This document shows, piece after piece, positions 24,281-36,974 of a DNA stretch of 41,664 nt. This stretch comes from Octopus sinensis. Lineage: Eukaryota. The notes beneath the pieces are model-generated. The model was not told the origin of the DNA and did no database searches. It saw only the letters and a list, made by a program, of their open reading frames with translations. The stretch spans positions 1 through 41,664 of the forward strand of contig NW_021835276.1 of the NCBI RefSeq assembly GCF_006345805.1, in the 5' to 3' direction. Position 1 is the stretch's first letter; the number at the start of each line of letters is the position of its first letter. The position numbers and the translations under genes are program-made.

Positions 24281-24824
24281 AATGACAGTGAGGAAAAAAA
24301 CATAACAATACTACACTATATAATATGGTATTTCAATTAAATTTGCAGGATTTCCTATGTTGAAGTGGTGGAGGATTTCAGGATGAGCTGCTGGTTTCAT
24401 GGTCATTCAGTTTTATAACCAATTTCAAGAGTTGTGTCCTGATAAATTCTGACTAAATCCTTGACACTTACCCGAAACGAGAAATTGTTTTTTTTTTGTT
24501 GTTTTTTTTAAAATAGTTTTCCTTCCTTTTTTTTTTTTTAGCTTTCTTCCCGTTTTTTTTTCCTCTTATATTTACGTCATTTTATTTATTTATTAATTTT
24601 TTTTTGTTTGAAATTCGATATGTTAGGAGAGGAAATTATTATATTAGGTTATTTGGCACAGTGCAAGGAGGAGGTACAAGAACGAAGGAATTATATATAT
24701 ATGAATGTGTATATATATATATAAACGCACATTCATGTATGTATATATGTATGTTATACATACATATATATATATATCTATATATATATATATATATATA
24801 ATATATATATAATATATATAATGT

Positions 24825-24990
24825 GTGGTGGGAAATGTTTTTCCTTCCATACCGTTTGACAACCGCTGTTGGTTAATTTACGTCACTGTAACTTAACGTT
24901 TCGGTGAGAATACGATAAAACAAATACTAGATTTTAAATAAAGTTGCACCTGTGTCGAATGTTTGTCTACAAACGTCAGGACGATCCTGC
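24825..24990 (+). mobile_element. Degenerate 3' half of a family B-like SINE
   Basis: TTGACAACCGCTGTTGGTTAATTTACGTC...TAACTTAACGTTTCGG is colinear with the family B 3' half. Confidence 0.55.
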
Positions 24991-25107
24991 AATATAACCG
25001 CAGTCCAATGCATGACTCTAAATACACATACACACACACACACACACACTCACACACACATATATAGAGATAGATATAGATAAATATATAAAGAGAGAGA
25101 GAGAGAG

Positions 25108-25143
<36 letters not shown>

Positions 25144-25204
25144 TGCGCGCGCTACATTCATCTCAAGTGTTAATCCCTACTTTTGTAAAGTACAATTTAT
25201 CATT

Positions 25205-25345
25205 CCTTGTGTAAACAACAAACAGATGTATTAGTTTAACGCTTGTGAAGTGAGACAGTCTTTTATGTTTCGTGCCTACGCTCTTCAACAGAAAGGAAAA
25301 AGGAAATAAACTGGGAGAGAAAACAGAAAAAAGTTTAGTGGCTTA
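25205..25345 (-). mobile_element. Penelope-like terminal-repeat fragment with degenerate hammerhead (CTGTTGA core)
   Basis: Minus strand TTT-CTGTTGA-A-GAGCGTAGGCAC-GAAAC...CGTTAAA. Confidence 0.68.
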
Positions 25346-25469
25346 AATATTTACATATAGGCGCAGTTTATTCCATTTGGATATCAGAGATGTCTCTAGC
25401 GTCACAATATTGATCACAGTCACTTTAATATTATCTTCTCCGAAGATGTACGGATCCTAAAGAATGAAT

Positions 25470-25774
25470 TCTGCTACCGCAGAATTTCGAGTAGGTATAG
25501 AATCAGATGTACCAAGCCTGAAGTGCACACGAAACGGTCTTCGTGTTGCAGTTACGGTTTCATTGTTCTTAATAAACGTTTCTACCATGAAAGTGCGAAG
25601 CTCGCCCGTCCAGTTCATGTTAGCAACTGAAAACGAACTGAAACAAAACATCACAAATTGCACCAGCTGAAACAAAATGGCATTATATTATAAAAACACG
25701 TTTTTCGTTCTTAACTCTATTTCATTTTTATTAAACCTAAAAATATGTCAGATCATTTTGCCGCACCCTGTGTA
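25470..25774 (-). mobile_element. 5' stub of a Tc1/mariner-superfamily transposon (TIR plus N-terminus of transposase, DUF4817-like)
   Basis: Terminus TACACAGGGTGCGGCAAAATGATC at 25774. ATG at 25618 gives MNWTGELRTFMVETFIKNNETVTATRRPFRVHF, a typical HTH N-terminus. Truncated after ~50 aa. Confidence 0.8.
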
Positions 25775-26031
25775 TGTAACAATCGGAGTACCAAGTAATG
25801 CACAGGATCTTTTCTCTGGTTCTTTTCTCTGTTGCTGTGCTTTTGGTGTTACGTCATAAGCCACCATCGGTTACGGAGAACCTGTATGAACAAGTGACGG
25901 TAAGAGTCTAATGTGTTTAGCATAAGAGACGGAATCCATGCGGTTTGTGGGTGGCCCATTGAACGCATTCAATCACATATGTAAATATATGTACGTATGT
26001 ATGTGTATATGTATACGCCTATATTATATAT

Positions 26032-26237
26032 AGGGAAGGTTTACGAAAATAAACAAAAGACGAAGGCAGGTGGAGTACAAACAAATAAATGTATTAATAT
26101 GGCGCTCAGGAATAGAAATAGAAGAAGTATTTTACGTCTCGAGCCTACGCTCTTCGACAGAAAGATACACAGAAAAGAAACAAGGAGAGAAACAAGGAGA
26201 GAAAAATGCGTGTAGGAGCTAACGGTCTATCATGGCG
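26032..26237 (-). mobile_element. Penelope-like terminal-repeat fragment with degenerate hammerhead (CTGTCGA core), flanked by TA-rich tracts
   Basis: Homologous to 6732-6923. Minus strand CTGTCGAAGAGCGTAGGCTCGAGACG. Confidence 0.7.
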
Positions 26238-26258
26238 TAAATATATATGTGTATGTAT

Positions 26259-26344
<86 letters not shown>

Positions 26345-26345
26345 G

Positions 26346-26378
<33 letters not shown>

Positions 26379-26384
26379 ATATCA

Positions 26385-26690
26385 TAAGCGTACTTGTGTG
26401 GTAAGAAGCGTACTTCCCAACCAGTTACTTCTGGGTTCAGTCCCACTGCGTGACACCTTGGAGAAGTGTCTTCTACTATAGCCTCGGACGGATCACAGCC
26501 TTGTGAATGGATCTGGTTGATGGAAACTGAAAGAAACACGTCGCATATATGTATATATGTGTGTGTGTGTTATGTGTGCTTGTCTCCCACCATCGCTTGA
26601 CAATCGGTACTGGTGTGTTTACGTCTCCGTAACTAAGCGGTTCGGTAAAAAAGCCGATAGACTGAGTACTAGGCTTGCAAAGTCCTGGCT
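26385..26690 (+). mobile_element. SINE family B, diverged and 3' truncated
   Basis: GGGTTCAGTCCCACTGCGTGACACCTTGG...GGAAACTGAAAGAA...GTACTAGGCTT. Confidence 0.88.
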
Positions 26691-26718
26691 GCAATCAAAT
26701 CATTGAAAGAAGTTAAAG

Positions 26719-26795
<77 letters not shown>

Positions 26796-26986
26796 AACAG
26801 AGACTAGTAGATAGGTATATGCATATCGACATGTATATTCATTTCTATATACATTCATGTGTATCAACATACACACAGTATTATGTTATTTTATATTCAT
26901 TCACCACCTGCTCAGATCAATACCTAACCTAACGATATCTCTTCTTAATAGCCTCTACGAACCTCTGTATAATATAAGGCAGCGCA

Positions 26987-27295
26987 TAAGGCGGCGAGCT
27001 GGCAGAATTGTTAGCACGCCGAGTGAAGTGCTTAGCAGTATTTCATCTGCCGTTCTGAGTTCACTAAGTTGACTTTACCTTTCATTCTTTCGGGGTCGAT
27101 AAATCAAGTACCAGTTACGCACTTGGGTCGATGCAATCGACTTAATCCATTTGCCTGTCCTTCTTTGTCTCCTGTGTCTTTAGTCCCTTGTGGGTAGTAA
27201 AGAAATAGGTATTCGTCTGTCTTTATGTTCTGAGTTCAAATTCCGCCGAGGTCGATATTACCTTTCATCCTTTCAGGGTCGATAAATTAAGTACC
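26987..27295 (+). mobile_element. SINE family A monomer plus second A-box-less unit (dimer)
   Basis: Tail ...GGGTAGTAAAGAAATA runs directly into GGTATTCGTCTG... at ~27207. Confidence 0.9.
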
Positions 27296-27399
27296 TATAT
27301 CCACCACAACATCTCTCCTTTTTAAGTTTGACTTTCTCTGAGAGTCAATACTTTTATGTATTACCACCTTTCTCTCCCCACCCATTTTTTTACTTCTTC

Positions 27400-28189
27400 G
27401 GTGAGAAATTGAAATATTTTTCTTTTTGGCTCAATTTCCAACATTTCCGTCCGCTTTCTTTTCCTACATGACGTACACGATGGTTCAACCATTTCTTGCT
27501 GTACCGTAACATCAAACATGTATAGAATTTCTCTCGGCTCTTCCTGCCTTGTTTTTCCTTCTGTAAATCTTTTTTTTTTTCATTTGGTTCGGGTGTTTCT
27601 TATATTCCCACGTATGCCCTTTTAACATATGTCATTCTTCCTAAACGTTTGGAGCCAACTCGCTTCACTTGAATTGCTCTTTATTTACGATACCTGCGTA
27701 CGTAACAAAGCCATCCGTTTCATTCTTTATCAAATTCTGGTATTCCCAGCGAATGTTAAATAATGAACTCCTTTCGCTGAACAACTTCGGTAAGAGGCTA
27801 ATTGTTTCCTCGAAACAAATTTCTGGCGGTTTCCTTGGAGAGATGAAATTACAATATTGTTCGTATTCTGCCGGTGCTAATTTTCGTAAAAGAAGCCTTA
27901 CCTTCTTTTCGTATGTTCAACTTTTACATTCTTCTTTACGTATTTTCTCATACCTGTTAAAGTATGCCGGAAACATAATCCATTCTTCGGGATTCTAAAT
28001 AATTTCTTCAATCGAATTAGGTACTCCATCCGCCGTAAACGAACCTGACGTGTTCTGCGACTGCAGCAATAATTGCAACAACTGTTGAGTTTCCTTTCGT
28101 TATTGTTGCTATTTCCGTTGTTCTTGTGACTGCTGTAGACGTTGCTGTTGGAACTGTTGCTGTACCACGCAGGCTAACAGTTCTTCCAT
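27400..28189 (-). pseudogene. Gypsy gag remnant fused to the pol C-terminal tail
   Basis: ATG at 28189: MEELL, Q-rich stretch, SFTADGVPNSI, EKKVRLLLRKL..AEYEQYCNFISPRKP, FSERSSLFNIRW, GFVTYAGIVNKE. In-frame stops present. From ~27630 it reads HPNQMKKR...RKRKRTEMLEIEPKRK, resembling an integrase C-terminus. PR/RT/RH/IN core absent. Confidence 0.82.
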
Positions 28190-28466
28190 GCTAAGAACTC
28201 TGAATGTCTCACTATTATGAAGTGAGCAGCTTTATATTATTTTTCACTGCACGAAATTCGAAAGCTCACCTCCACTTTTGTGAAATGCGTAGAATTAGAA
28301 TCCTTGTCACCACTTTTGTGTGTCGTTCGAATCCTTGTTGCCACTGTTCTGATGTTTAATGTAGTTGAGGACTTACTGAGTATTAATTCACCAACCGTTC
28401 ATGTCACTAACACGTAATCCAACGATATCTCTTCTATTTAGCTTCTACGACTCAGTATGAATATAT

Positions 28467-28683
28467 ATTTCTTTACTACCCACAAGGGGCTAAACACAGA
28501 GAGGAAAAACAAACGGATTAAGTCGATTATATCGACCCCAGTGCGTAACTGGTACTTATTTAATCGACCCCGAAAGGATGAAAGGTAAAGTCGACGGAAT
28601 TTGAACTCACAACGTAGCGGCAGACGAAATACGGCTACGCATTTCGCCCGGCGTCCTAACGTCTCTGCCAGCTCACCGCCTTA
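28467..28683 (-). mobile_element. SINE family A (tail 1) with 16-bp TSD
   Basis: TSD CTCAGTATGAATATAT at 28451-28466 and 28707-28722, with ~23 extra nt at the SINE 5' end. Confidence 0.93.
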
Positions 28684-28989
28684 TATTATGATCATTTGTC
28701 TTTTGTCTCAGTATGAATATATGGCTGCGCTTACGATACTCTTTGAATTTTTTTTTACCCACAAGGGACTACACAATGAGGGGACGATACAGGACATTAC
28801 AAGTGGGGCAAAAATATCGAATTAGAAAATGTATGATGAATTAATGAAATGATGCTCACCCGTGCCCCACGACTAAGGCAACATCATTGAACATTTCTTT
28901 TTTAAACTAACATAAATTATCAAAGTTTTCCTTTTTCACTTCCCTTGCTGTTGTCACCTCAGATTTTTTGTGTTTTCCCTTTTATTCTT

Positions 28990-30094
28990 TCGTTCGTTTC
29001 TGTTGTTAAATGTTCAGGTGTGTTCTTGTTCGTCTTGTAACTTCTGGCTTCTTTTGTCTGTGTGAGGGAGAGAACGAGTAATTTTCGATTTTATCTTCCT
29101 CCCAGCCACCTGCCATTCACCGTCACATACCTCTGTAGAAGTTCTCAACGGTGCTACCTCCTTCGACTCCCCTTTTATCGTCTCCTTCTCCTGCTTCTCC
29201 TTCCGCTCTGTAGTTGAAGTAGACGGTGTGTCTTTCTCTGTCTCCACCATAACCTGCTCCTGCTCCTCTTCCGTTCTCTCTTGTTGTATACTGGCCTCCA
29301 TCTGGTTTTCTCCCTGTGCTTCAGGTTGTAGGCCCTGGGGCACGTTTATCTTACGTGCCCTTTATTTTATCACATCCGAATCACTTTGGTACTCTGCTCT
29401 AAACGGTGACCTTCACTCTTCTATCATCCAAAAGGATGACAAACTCCGGTACGCTATCAATTTTTGCTGATGTGACTTGGATTGTTGCTCTTACGCCCCT
29501 ATCACACTTGTTCCGGGTACATTTTTCTTCCAACTCCATGAGTACCACATCTTCTTCTATGTTAGCGAAAGCCGCTGCCAGGAGCCACATTGGTTTGATT
29601 TCCGGATCGAATTCGTTTATCCCTATCTTAGTCGTTCTTTTGCAGAGATATGACGGCAAAAGATCCATTTCTCCTTTCTGCAGGGTGGTCACCAAGTCAG
29701 ACTTGGCATCGCTCTCAGGCACAAACTTCGTCTCCACCGTTCCATAATTCCTTCAGTTTCTTCATAATAGCCTTCTACATAATACATACGCCATTTTCTA
29801 CACAATAGGCTTTAATGTTTCTTTTCAATTTCCTCTGTTGACGCTATCAATTTTTCTGGTCTTCAAAGATGGCGTCATATAAACAATTGTTCTTTCCTTA
29901 ATCCCTTCCATCACAAACTTGGGATGAGTTAACATCACGTTGGCTCCCTCCCTCTGAAGAAATGACTGGAACTTCTTAACTACCCCCGGCTTGATGCTGA
30001 AGCGTTTCATCCTTCTTCGTGCCGCAGCCGCATAATCACCCGTAATTTCTCCGGAATCACTTGTGTAGTCCGCTTCATCCTCGCTCTTTAGATA
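28990..30094 (-). pseudogene. LINE (L1/Tx1-like) ORF1 remnant: RRM-like region, CCHC zinc knuckle, acidic tail
   Basis: Frame open to 30094 (…DYAAAARRR MKRF…), then NYGTVETKF, DDRRVKVTV, and a relic C*FGCDKxKGHVRxTCP knuckle at ~29335-29385 (first Cys now TGA, 1-nt shift). E/K-rich tail with WQVAGRK. No ORF2 seen downstream. Confidence 0.72.
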
Positions 30095-30887
30095 TCTTTA
30101 TATATAAATGAGAGGTTGTGTGTCTGTCTCCTACGATTTAGATTCCTAACTACTCCCACATTTTGCGGTGCAGTTTAACCAAAACCGGGTATCTTATACT
30201 CGTGATTCATATTGAGCCCTTCTGGGTATTAGCGCGCGTCTACGATGAGTCTACGATTTAAAAAAAAATCACCATCATTTATTTCTATTTTAATGCATTT
30301 TTCTCGCTATTATATAAGGGAAGTAACTCTCTAAAAATGTCTACGATGAGTCAACGATTTTTTAAAAAATTAGCATAATTTTTTTTCCATTTTTAATGCA
30401 TTTTTTTGCTATTTTTTTGCTATAGCTCTCTAAAAATGCTTATATAGTTATTTCCCTTACAAACCCGAGCAACGCCGGGCGATACTGCTAGTCTTTATAT
30501 ATAAAAGAGAGGTGTGTGTCTGTCTCTACGATTTAGATTCCTAAATACTCCCACATTTTGCGGTTGCAGTTTAACCAAAAACGGGTCTTTATAGTCGTGA
30601 TTCATATCGAGCCCTTCTGGGTATTAGCGCGCGTCTACGATGTGTCTACGATTTAAAAAAAAAATTACCATCATTGTTTTCCATTTTAATGCATTTTTTC
30701 GCTATTATATAAGGGAAGTAACTCTCTAAAAATGTCTACGATGAGTCAACGATTTAAAAAAAAATTTACCATAATTTTTTTCCCATTTTTAATGCATCTT
30801 TTTGTTATTTTTTGGCTATAACTCTCTAAAAATGCTTATATAGTTATTTCCCTTACAAACCCGAGCAACGCCGGGCGATACTGCTAG
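30095..30887 (+). mobile_element. Head-to-tail dimer of a ~397-bp non-autonomous Helitron
   Basis: Unit 1 30095-30491, unit 2 30492-30887. Each starts TC, has the subterminal hairpin CCCGAGCAACGCCGGG and ends CTAG. The dimer sits between A (30094) and T (30888) with no TSD. Confidence 0.9.
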
Positions 30888-31595
30888 TTCTATATAAATA
30901 TGAATATTCTTAAGTGCAACATTTTAAATAAAATTAGTTACCAAAAATGAATTGGTTGCCTGAAGATCGTTACCAAATTTGTCACCCTTTCATCTGTTGT
31001 TCACTTGTATAATTCTCAGCATTTAATATTTTCGCTTATTCACATACATATTCACGTGATATTTGCACTTCCTTTGTATTATTGGTAAGCAATATTTAAA
31101 AGTAAGATAAGGGGTTAATTCAAACGAAAATCTTTAAAGCCGCTTAAAAATCTAATGTCTCTATTTTCTTCTCAACTTCCTAAACCAATAATAATTCTAT
31201 GACTAATTTCATAGGTTGAAGTTCTTCAGCAACGCTGCCTGAAACTGACTGGTAGAGTCGACATTTTACAAATTTCAAAAATTTGTAATATTTTCTTAAG
31301 AGAAAGTAAGTCACCTCTCGTGATACGATTCATTTATAATAAAGATAAAAAAAGATAATAATATTGTAATTTGATAATATACCAATCCAAATTATCATTG
31401 TTGATATTGTCGTCTCATAATCGATTCATTTCTTGAGAGGAAAATCATATCTTGAATACATATTTTGCTGTATTCATAAATATATTTATCTGTACAGTGT
31501 AACTTTACTTCCCTGCAGAAAAAAAACATTATCTATAAACCATTAGATGAAACTTGTAGGATTCTCGAATCTTCTGATGATCATATAATACACAT

Positions 31596-31626
<31 letters not shown>

Positions 31627-31738
31627 CATGTGCATATATATATATATATGTGTGTATGTGTGTGTGTGAGTGTGTGTATGTGTATGTATATGTATGTATA
31701 TGTGTTTATATATATATATATTATCTTCCAAGTCCAAG

Positions 31739-31834
31739 TTAATGGTTCGCTGTTTTACCATTCGTTTACGGCATGAACTTACACTTGCATGGCTTAAGCT
31801 TTGAGACAAGCATATGACTACTGGCAGGATCAAC
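31739..31834 (-). rRNA. 18S: 18S rRNA 5'-end fragment (orphan pseudogene, 96 nt)
   Basis: Minus strand GTTGATCCTGCCAGTAGTCATATGCTTGTCTCAAAGCTTAAGCCATGCAAGTGTAAGT...GGTAAAACAGCGAA matches the universal eukaryotic 18S 5' end with a few substitutions. No further rDNA on either side. Confidence 0.93.
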
Positions 31835-32761
31835 ACACACACACACACACATATGCACACGCACACGCACACACACACACACACACACATACATATATAT
31901 ATAAAGTCCTCAGTAAAACTCCATTTGTTACTTTTTAACGAGTTTGTCCTCATTATTTTCTTGATTAAAACACATTAATCTCCCATCTCCTATGCATTTT
32001 TTGCATGCACTTATTCATACACGCACACACACACATACACACACACACACACATAAATTAGCGCGCGCTTACGGTATATATATAAAGATACACAAAAATT
32101 CCACCCAAGTGGCAAATGCACACAGATACCGAAATCCTCTCCATTATAGACATAATAGGCTGAAATAAACCCATAGAAATCTCACACAACACTTAAAGAC
32201 ACATTGAAGATTTAGATTTACACGTGAAAATGAACTCCCACGTTCATAGATATATACATATATACCCGGCTTCACAAGAGCCTTAAACACCAATACCACC
32301 CCGAAATCACCCCCAGCCGTATACCAACTCCCCACACAACAATTCTTTCTACATTTATTCCTCTCCTGGATAACTCATCAATTTAGTTTTACGTCGATGT
32401 TTCCGTCTAAGTATGTGTGCGATTGCATTGTATTTAGTGGATGTGCGTGTAGTTCAGTGTGTACGTGTTTTCTTTTCTTCGCCACTTTCGTTTTCATTAA
32501 CTGTCTCCTCTAATCTTCGGGGACAAGGAATATTCCTTTTGATCTTTTTTCTAATATCTTCTAAAAGAAACAATAAAAAAATTATTTTTTGTAGCAACTT
32601 CTTTTTTTGGCTTTTATTACCTACATACATAGATATATCTTTCCACCTATACATACATACATACGTACATACATATTTCTATACATGCATACATATATAT
32701 GTATATGTATACATATATACCTATCTATATTTATATATATATGTGTGTGTATACATATATA

Positions 32762-32818
<57 letters not shown>

Positions 32819-33340
32819 TATATATATGTATAATACATAATAGATATATACATATATATGTATGTATATAAGCAGCATATAAATATATGCATATATATAT
32901 ATATAATATACATACTATATATATATATTTATACATATATATGTATATATATATGTGTGTATATACATGCTTGTGTATTCGTGTATATATATATATATGT
33001 ACGCACTCACATATATATATATCGGTATACAGAAACATATAGACCTTACCGTATGAGAGTGTATTTGCAAGTATGTGTACGCACACACACACACACGACA
33101 CACACACACACGCACACACACACACACACTCACACACGTATATGTATGAATGCATGTATGTACGTAACTATGTATGTGTGCGTGCACGTGTGAACGTACA
33201 TATGTGTGTATATGCAAGTTACTAGATTACGAGAGCAGAAAGGGGTGAAGAGTAAGAAAATATTAACTGTTCCTATTTTTTTGTTCCGGTCATACACACA
33301 CCACACACACACGCATATACATATATATATAGATATATAT

Positions 33341-33388
<48 letters not shown>

Positions 33389-33469
33389 CATATACATATA
33401 CATATATATATATATATATTATATATATATATATATAAATCTATATAATCTGTATATATATATATTATA

Positions 33470-33507
<38 letters not shown>

Positions 33508-33672
33508 GTATATATATATATATATCTATCTGATATCGTATAACCAGAAGAATCTCTGAGTGAAGGAATATATATATACATATATAATATATGTATAGTA
33601 TACACTATATATATATCAATATATATATATTATATATAAATATATACTATATATATATAGAATATATATATA

Positions 33673-33715
<43 letters not shown>

Positions 33716-35030
33716 GAATGTGTTCCGGTGTGTGTGTTTATCTGTCTATGGTATATGAGTTTATGTGTGTATGTGTTTGTATGTGTGTGTGCTGTGTATT
33801 ATATGTAGTATTATCTCTATCTCACCATACAACTGATGACAGGTGCTGTTATACATTTACAAAATGTCTAGAAACATTGCCTCCTGCACGGCTCCCCCGA
33901 CACCACAGAAACACGCAACGCACCGTCCCCCCCACCTACATATCTCAGCCTCCAAAAACCCCATTCCCTCCCCTAGAAATATCTCTCCCTGCATTCGTTT
34001 TACTTAATTTGCTTTAAGTGTGAGAGTGATTGTCTCAAACGTGAAATAAGGAAGAAGCACACGTTGTGTGGAATTTAATTTCTTTTTCGACAGCCACCAA
34101 TTTATTTCTCGTACACAAAACAATCATAATCTTTTGTCCTTTACAATACGGCGTGATAGGAATGGTAACGAGCAAACAATGAATTGTAAAATATGACTTA
34201 TTATACTTCAGTCTAAATACAACAGAACCATTCTACTTGGAAAAACATGAATGAAAAAAATCTCTCTCTCCCTTCCCTCTTTCATTGCTTTCTCTCTCTC
34301 TCTTCTCTCTTCCGGTTACCATATATATATAGATATTATATATCTATATATATATATATATATCTATCTATTTAATATATATATATATATTACATATATA
34401 TTATATATATATATATATGTATATATATTTAAGATAATGTATGTATGTATATATATATATATACAAATATCACATATATATATATGTATATGTAGATATA
34501 TGTATATATATATACATGTATGTATGTATATATATACAAATATATACATATATATATACATATATATGTATATGTATATATTTATATATTATATATATAA
34601 TATATATATGTAAATGTAGTATAGTATGTATATATATACAACATACATATAATAACTACATATATACATACATATATATATATATACTACATATATACAT
34701 ATATTATATACAATATACATATATACATATATATGTAGAAATATATATATATATAGCTACTAAGATAGATATATAGATAGATAGATAGATAGATACAGAT
34801 ATAGATGTATGCTTCTATCTCACGATTGTGACTGTGACATATATTACAGACCCGCGCACACATATATACCCACATGTATAAACGTTTGCTGATGCAAGCA
34901 GGAAAAGTAGGACACAAAATATGAATAAATGTTTATTTCGATTAGTGATGTTCGATGAGCACCAATAAACGAAACTCTCAGTCCTTGAGTCACTGTTGCT
35001 TCTGCAGTGGTTGTATGGTAAGGACCTTGC

Positions 35031-35460
35031 TGACTACGGCCATGCTGGAGCACCGCTTGTAGTCGAACAAATCGACTCAAGAAATCATTCTTTGTGAGCC
35101 TAGTACTCGACCGTCTTTTTTTTGGCTAACTGCTATATTACCAGGTCGTAAACACGCCAACATCGGTTATCAAGTTATGGTGCGGGACAAACACGAGCAT
35201 ATAAACACACACACACACACATACACACACACACACACATATATATGTATATATATATGTATGTATGTATGTAGGTATGTATGTATTTATACCTGACGGG
35301 CTTCTTTCAATGGCTATCTTACAAATCCTCCACTCACAAGGCTTTGGTTGGCACGAGGCTATATTAGAAGACACTTTCCCAAGGAGCCACATGGTAAGAC
35401 TGAACACGGAACCATGTGGCTGGTAAGGAAGTTACTTACCACACAGCCACTCCTGCGCCT
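35031..35460 (-). mobile_element. SINE family B, diverged
   Basis: Head AGGCGCAGGAGTGGCTGTGTGGTAAG, internal microsatellite, tail GCGGTGCTCCAGCATGGCCG. Confidence 0.88.
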
Positions 35461-36421
35461 GTGTATACACACACACGCACACACAAACACACACACACAT
35501 ATATATATATATATTATATATACATATATATGAATTGGTATATAAATTTTATTATTTTGGGGCTTGTTTATTTTGTCTCTTTTTCTTCTCTCCTGGTGCT
35601 ATATGAACATTTAATGTGGTTTTAAAGTCTTTAGAGTCACGTTTTAGAGCTACTATTTCCAGCGTGGTGTTATCTCTTAGATACCCTAAATTATAATTTG
35701 ATATATATATATATATATATCAACGGCGGTGCATCAGCATGGCCGCAGCTCTGAGCTGAAACTAGAGAGAATATATATATGTATAATATATATAGTGAGA
35801 GAGAGAGATATGCACACTCATAATTTCACTCGTATTTTCATGGCTGTGTATATATGTGCATGTGATAATATACGTATATGCATATTTACATATGGACCAC
35901 CACAGAGATATCTCTTTTCTTGCATACGTTTCAAACGAGCGTTGAAAGTCGTAAACGTCACAAGTGATTTGCTTTAATATTTAAGTTGTTTTGGGAACTG
36001 TCACTTTTATATCGTCGTAACAAGCAATATATTTAGTAAAGATTCTTTCTTACGAAATAATTTTAGGAATTTTTTCTTTTTTCAAAAATCTGTTATTAAA
36101 GTATATTCTTTGAGATTACGAAATGTTCATCGCAAGAAATATCAATTTCTAAGAACGTCACTCAGTCACACGTTTTCGAAGTATATAAGGTCGATCAAAG
36201 TAACTGTAGTGCATGGTTACATTTTCAAAATTGGGTTTCTATTCGCACAGAAACCCAACAGAATTCTAGTTAAACCCTTCGAACAAATCTAAATTTCATG
36301 TTTGCTTACCCAAAATCTTTCTATTAATACTTATATCTCGTATTTACATATTTAAATTTACATATTCAAATGCTATCTCTGTATATAATACTGTAACATT
36401 CTATAATTCTTGTTGAGAATT

Positions 36422-36974
36422 CCCTGATGCATTACCAAGGAGTGACTCCCGTGGCTTCTGATCTTAACTGAATGGAAGTGTTATCATGTACATTGCTTTG
36501 TCTTGGTATAAAAGATGGGCTGCAGCAAATATTCAGCTCAAAACCACAGATTTGCTTGTCAGTTGTTTGACCTTAACCAGCTGAGCATGTCCCTTAGTGG
36601 CTGACGATATGTGCATCTCTGATAACAAGCAGAAGTAGTGGCAGAGTATCATAGCCATGTGTTGAGAGGGATTCTTTGGGGTTTGAATAATTCACCTCTG
36701 GAAACATGGGTGTTTCGTTCAACATCCTTAAACAACTCTTATTCAGGGACCTTTTGAGCGGCATGGGCTACTCGACCTGAAGAAAATTCTAACTGGGACC
36801 CACCTGCAAGGTCATGTGCTGCTTATCTTGGTATGAGATCATCATGTCGCGCACATATTGTTGTGATGCATGTGCCCAATGTACACTTATCTGACGGGTA
36901 GTCATGATGGGTATACTGGGCTTCGTATATTTTACCCCAGTGTCACTTTGATGGCATGCACTGCTCTCTCACTC
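36422..36974 (+). mobile_element. ~555-bp non-coding interspersed element, copy 2
   Basis: Colinear with 1312-1866. Same 3' end GCATGCACTGCTCTCTCACTC followed by an AAT/GAT tract. Confidence 0.85.

Larger units (their letters stand above)
26895..28733 (-). mobile_element. Internally deleted Ty3/Gypsy LTR retrotransposon; both LTRs disrupted by SINEs
   Basis: LTR homology between 26897-26987 and 28386-28466 plus 28723-28733. 5' LTR ends ...ATTAAACATCAGAACA (28345), followed by PBS-like TGGCAACAAGGAT. PPT AAAAAGGAGAGA (27323-27312) precedes TGTTGTGG at 27311. Confidence 0.78.

Noticed and set aside
23901-24308. Long poly-I/M/Y/H/L ORFs
   Set aside because: Products of the compound triplet array.
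33833-33890. CTGATGA...GAAAC spacing
   Set aside because: Stem II does not pair at the core; single copy; expected by chance.
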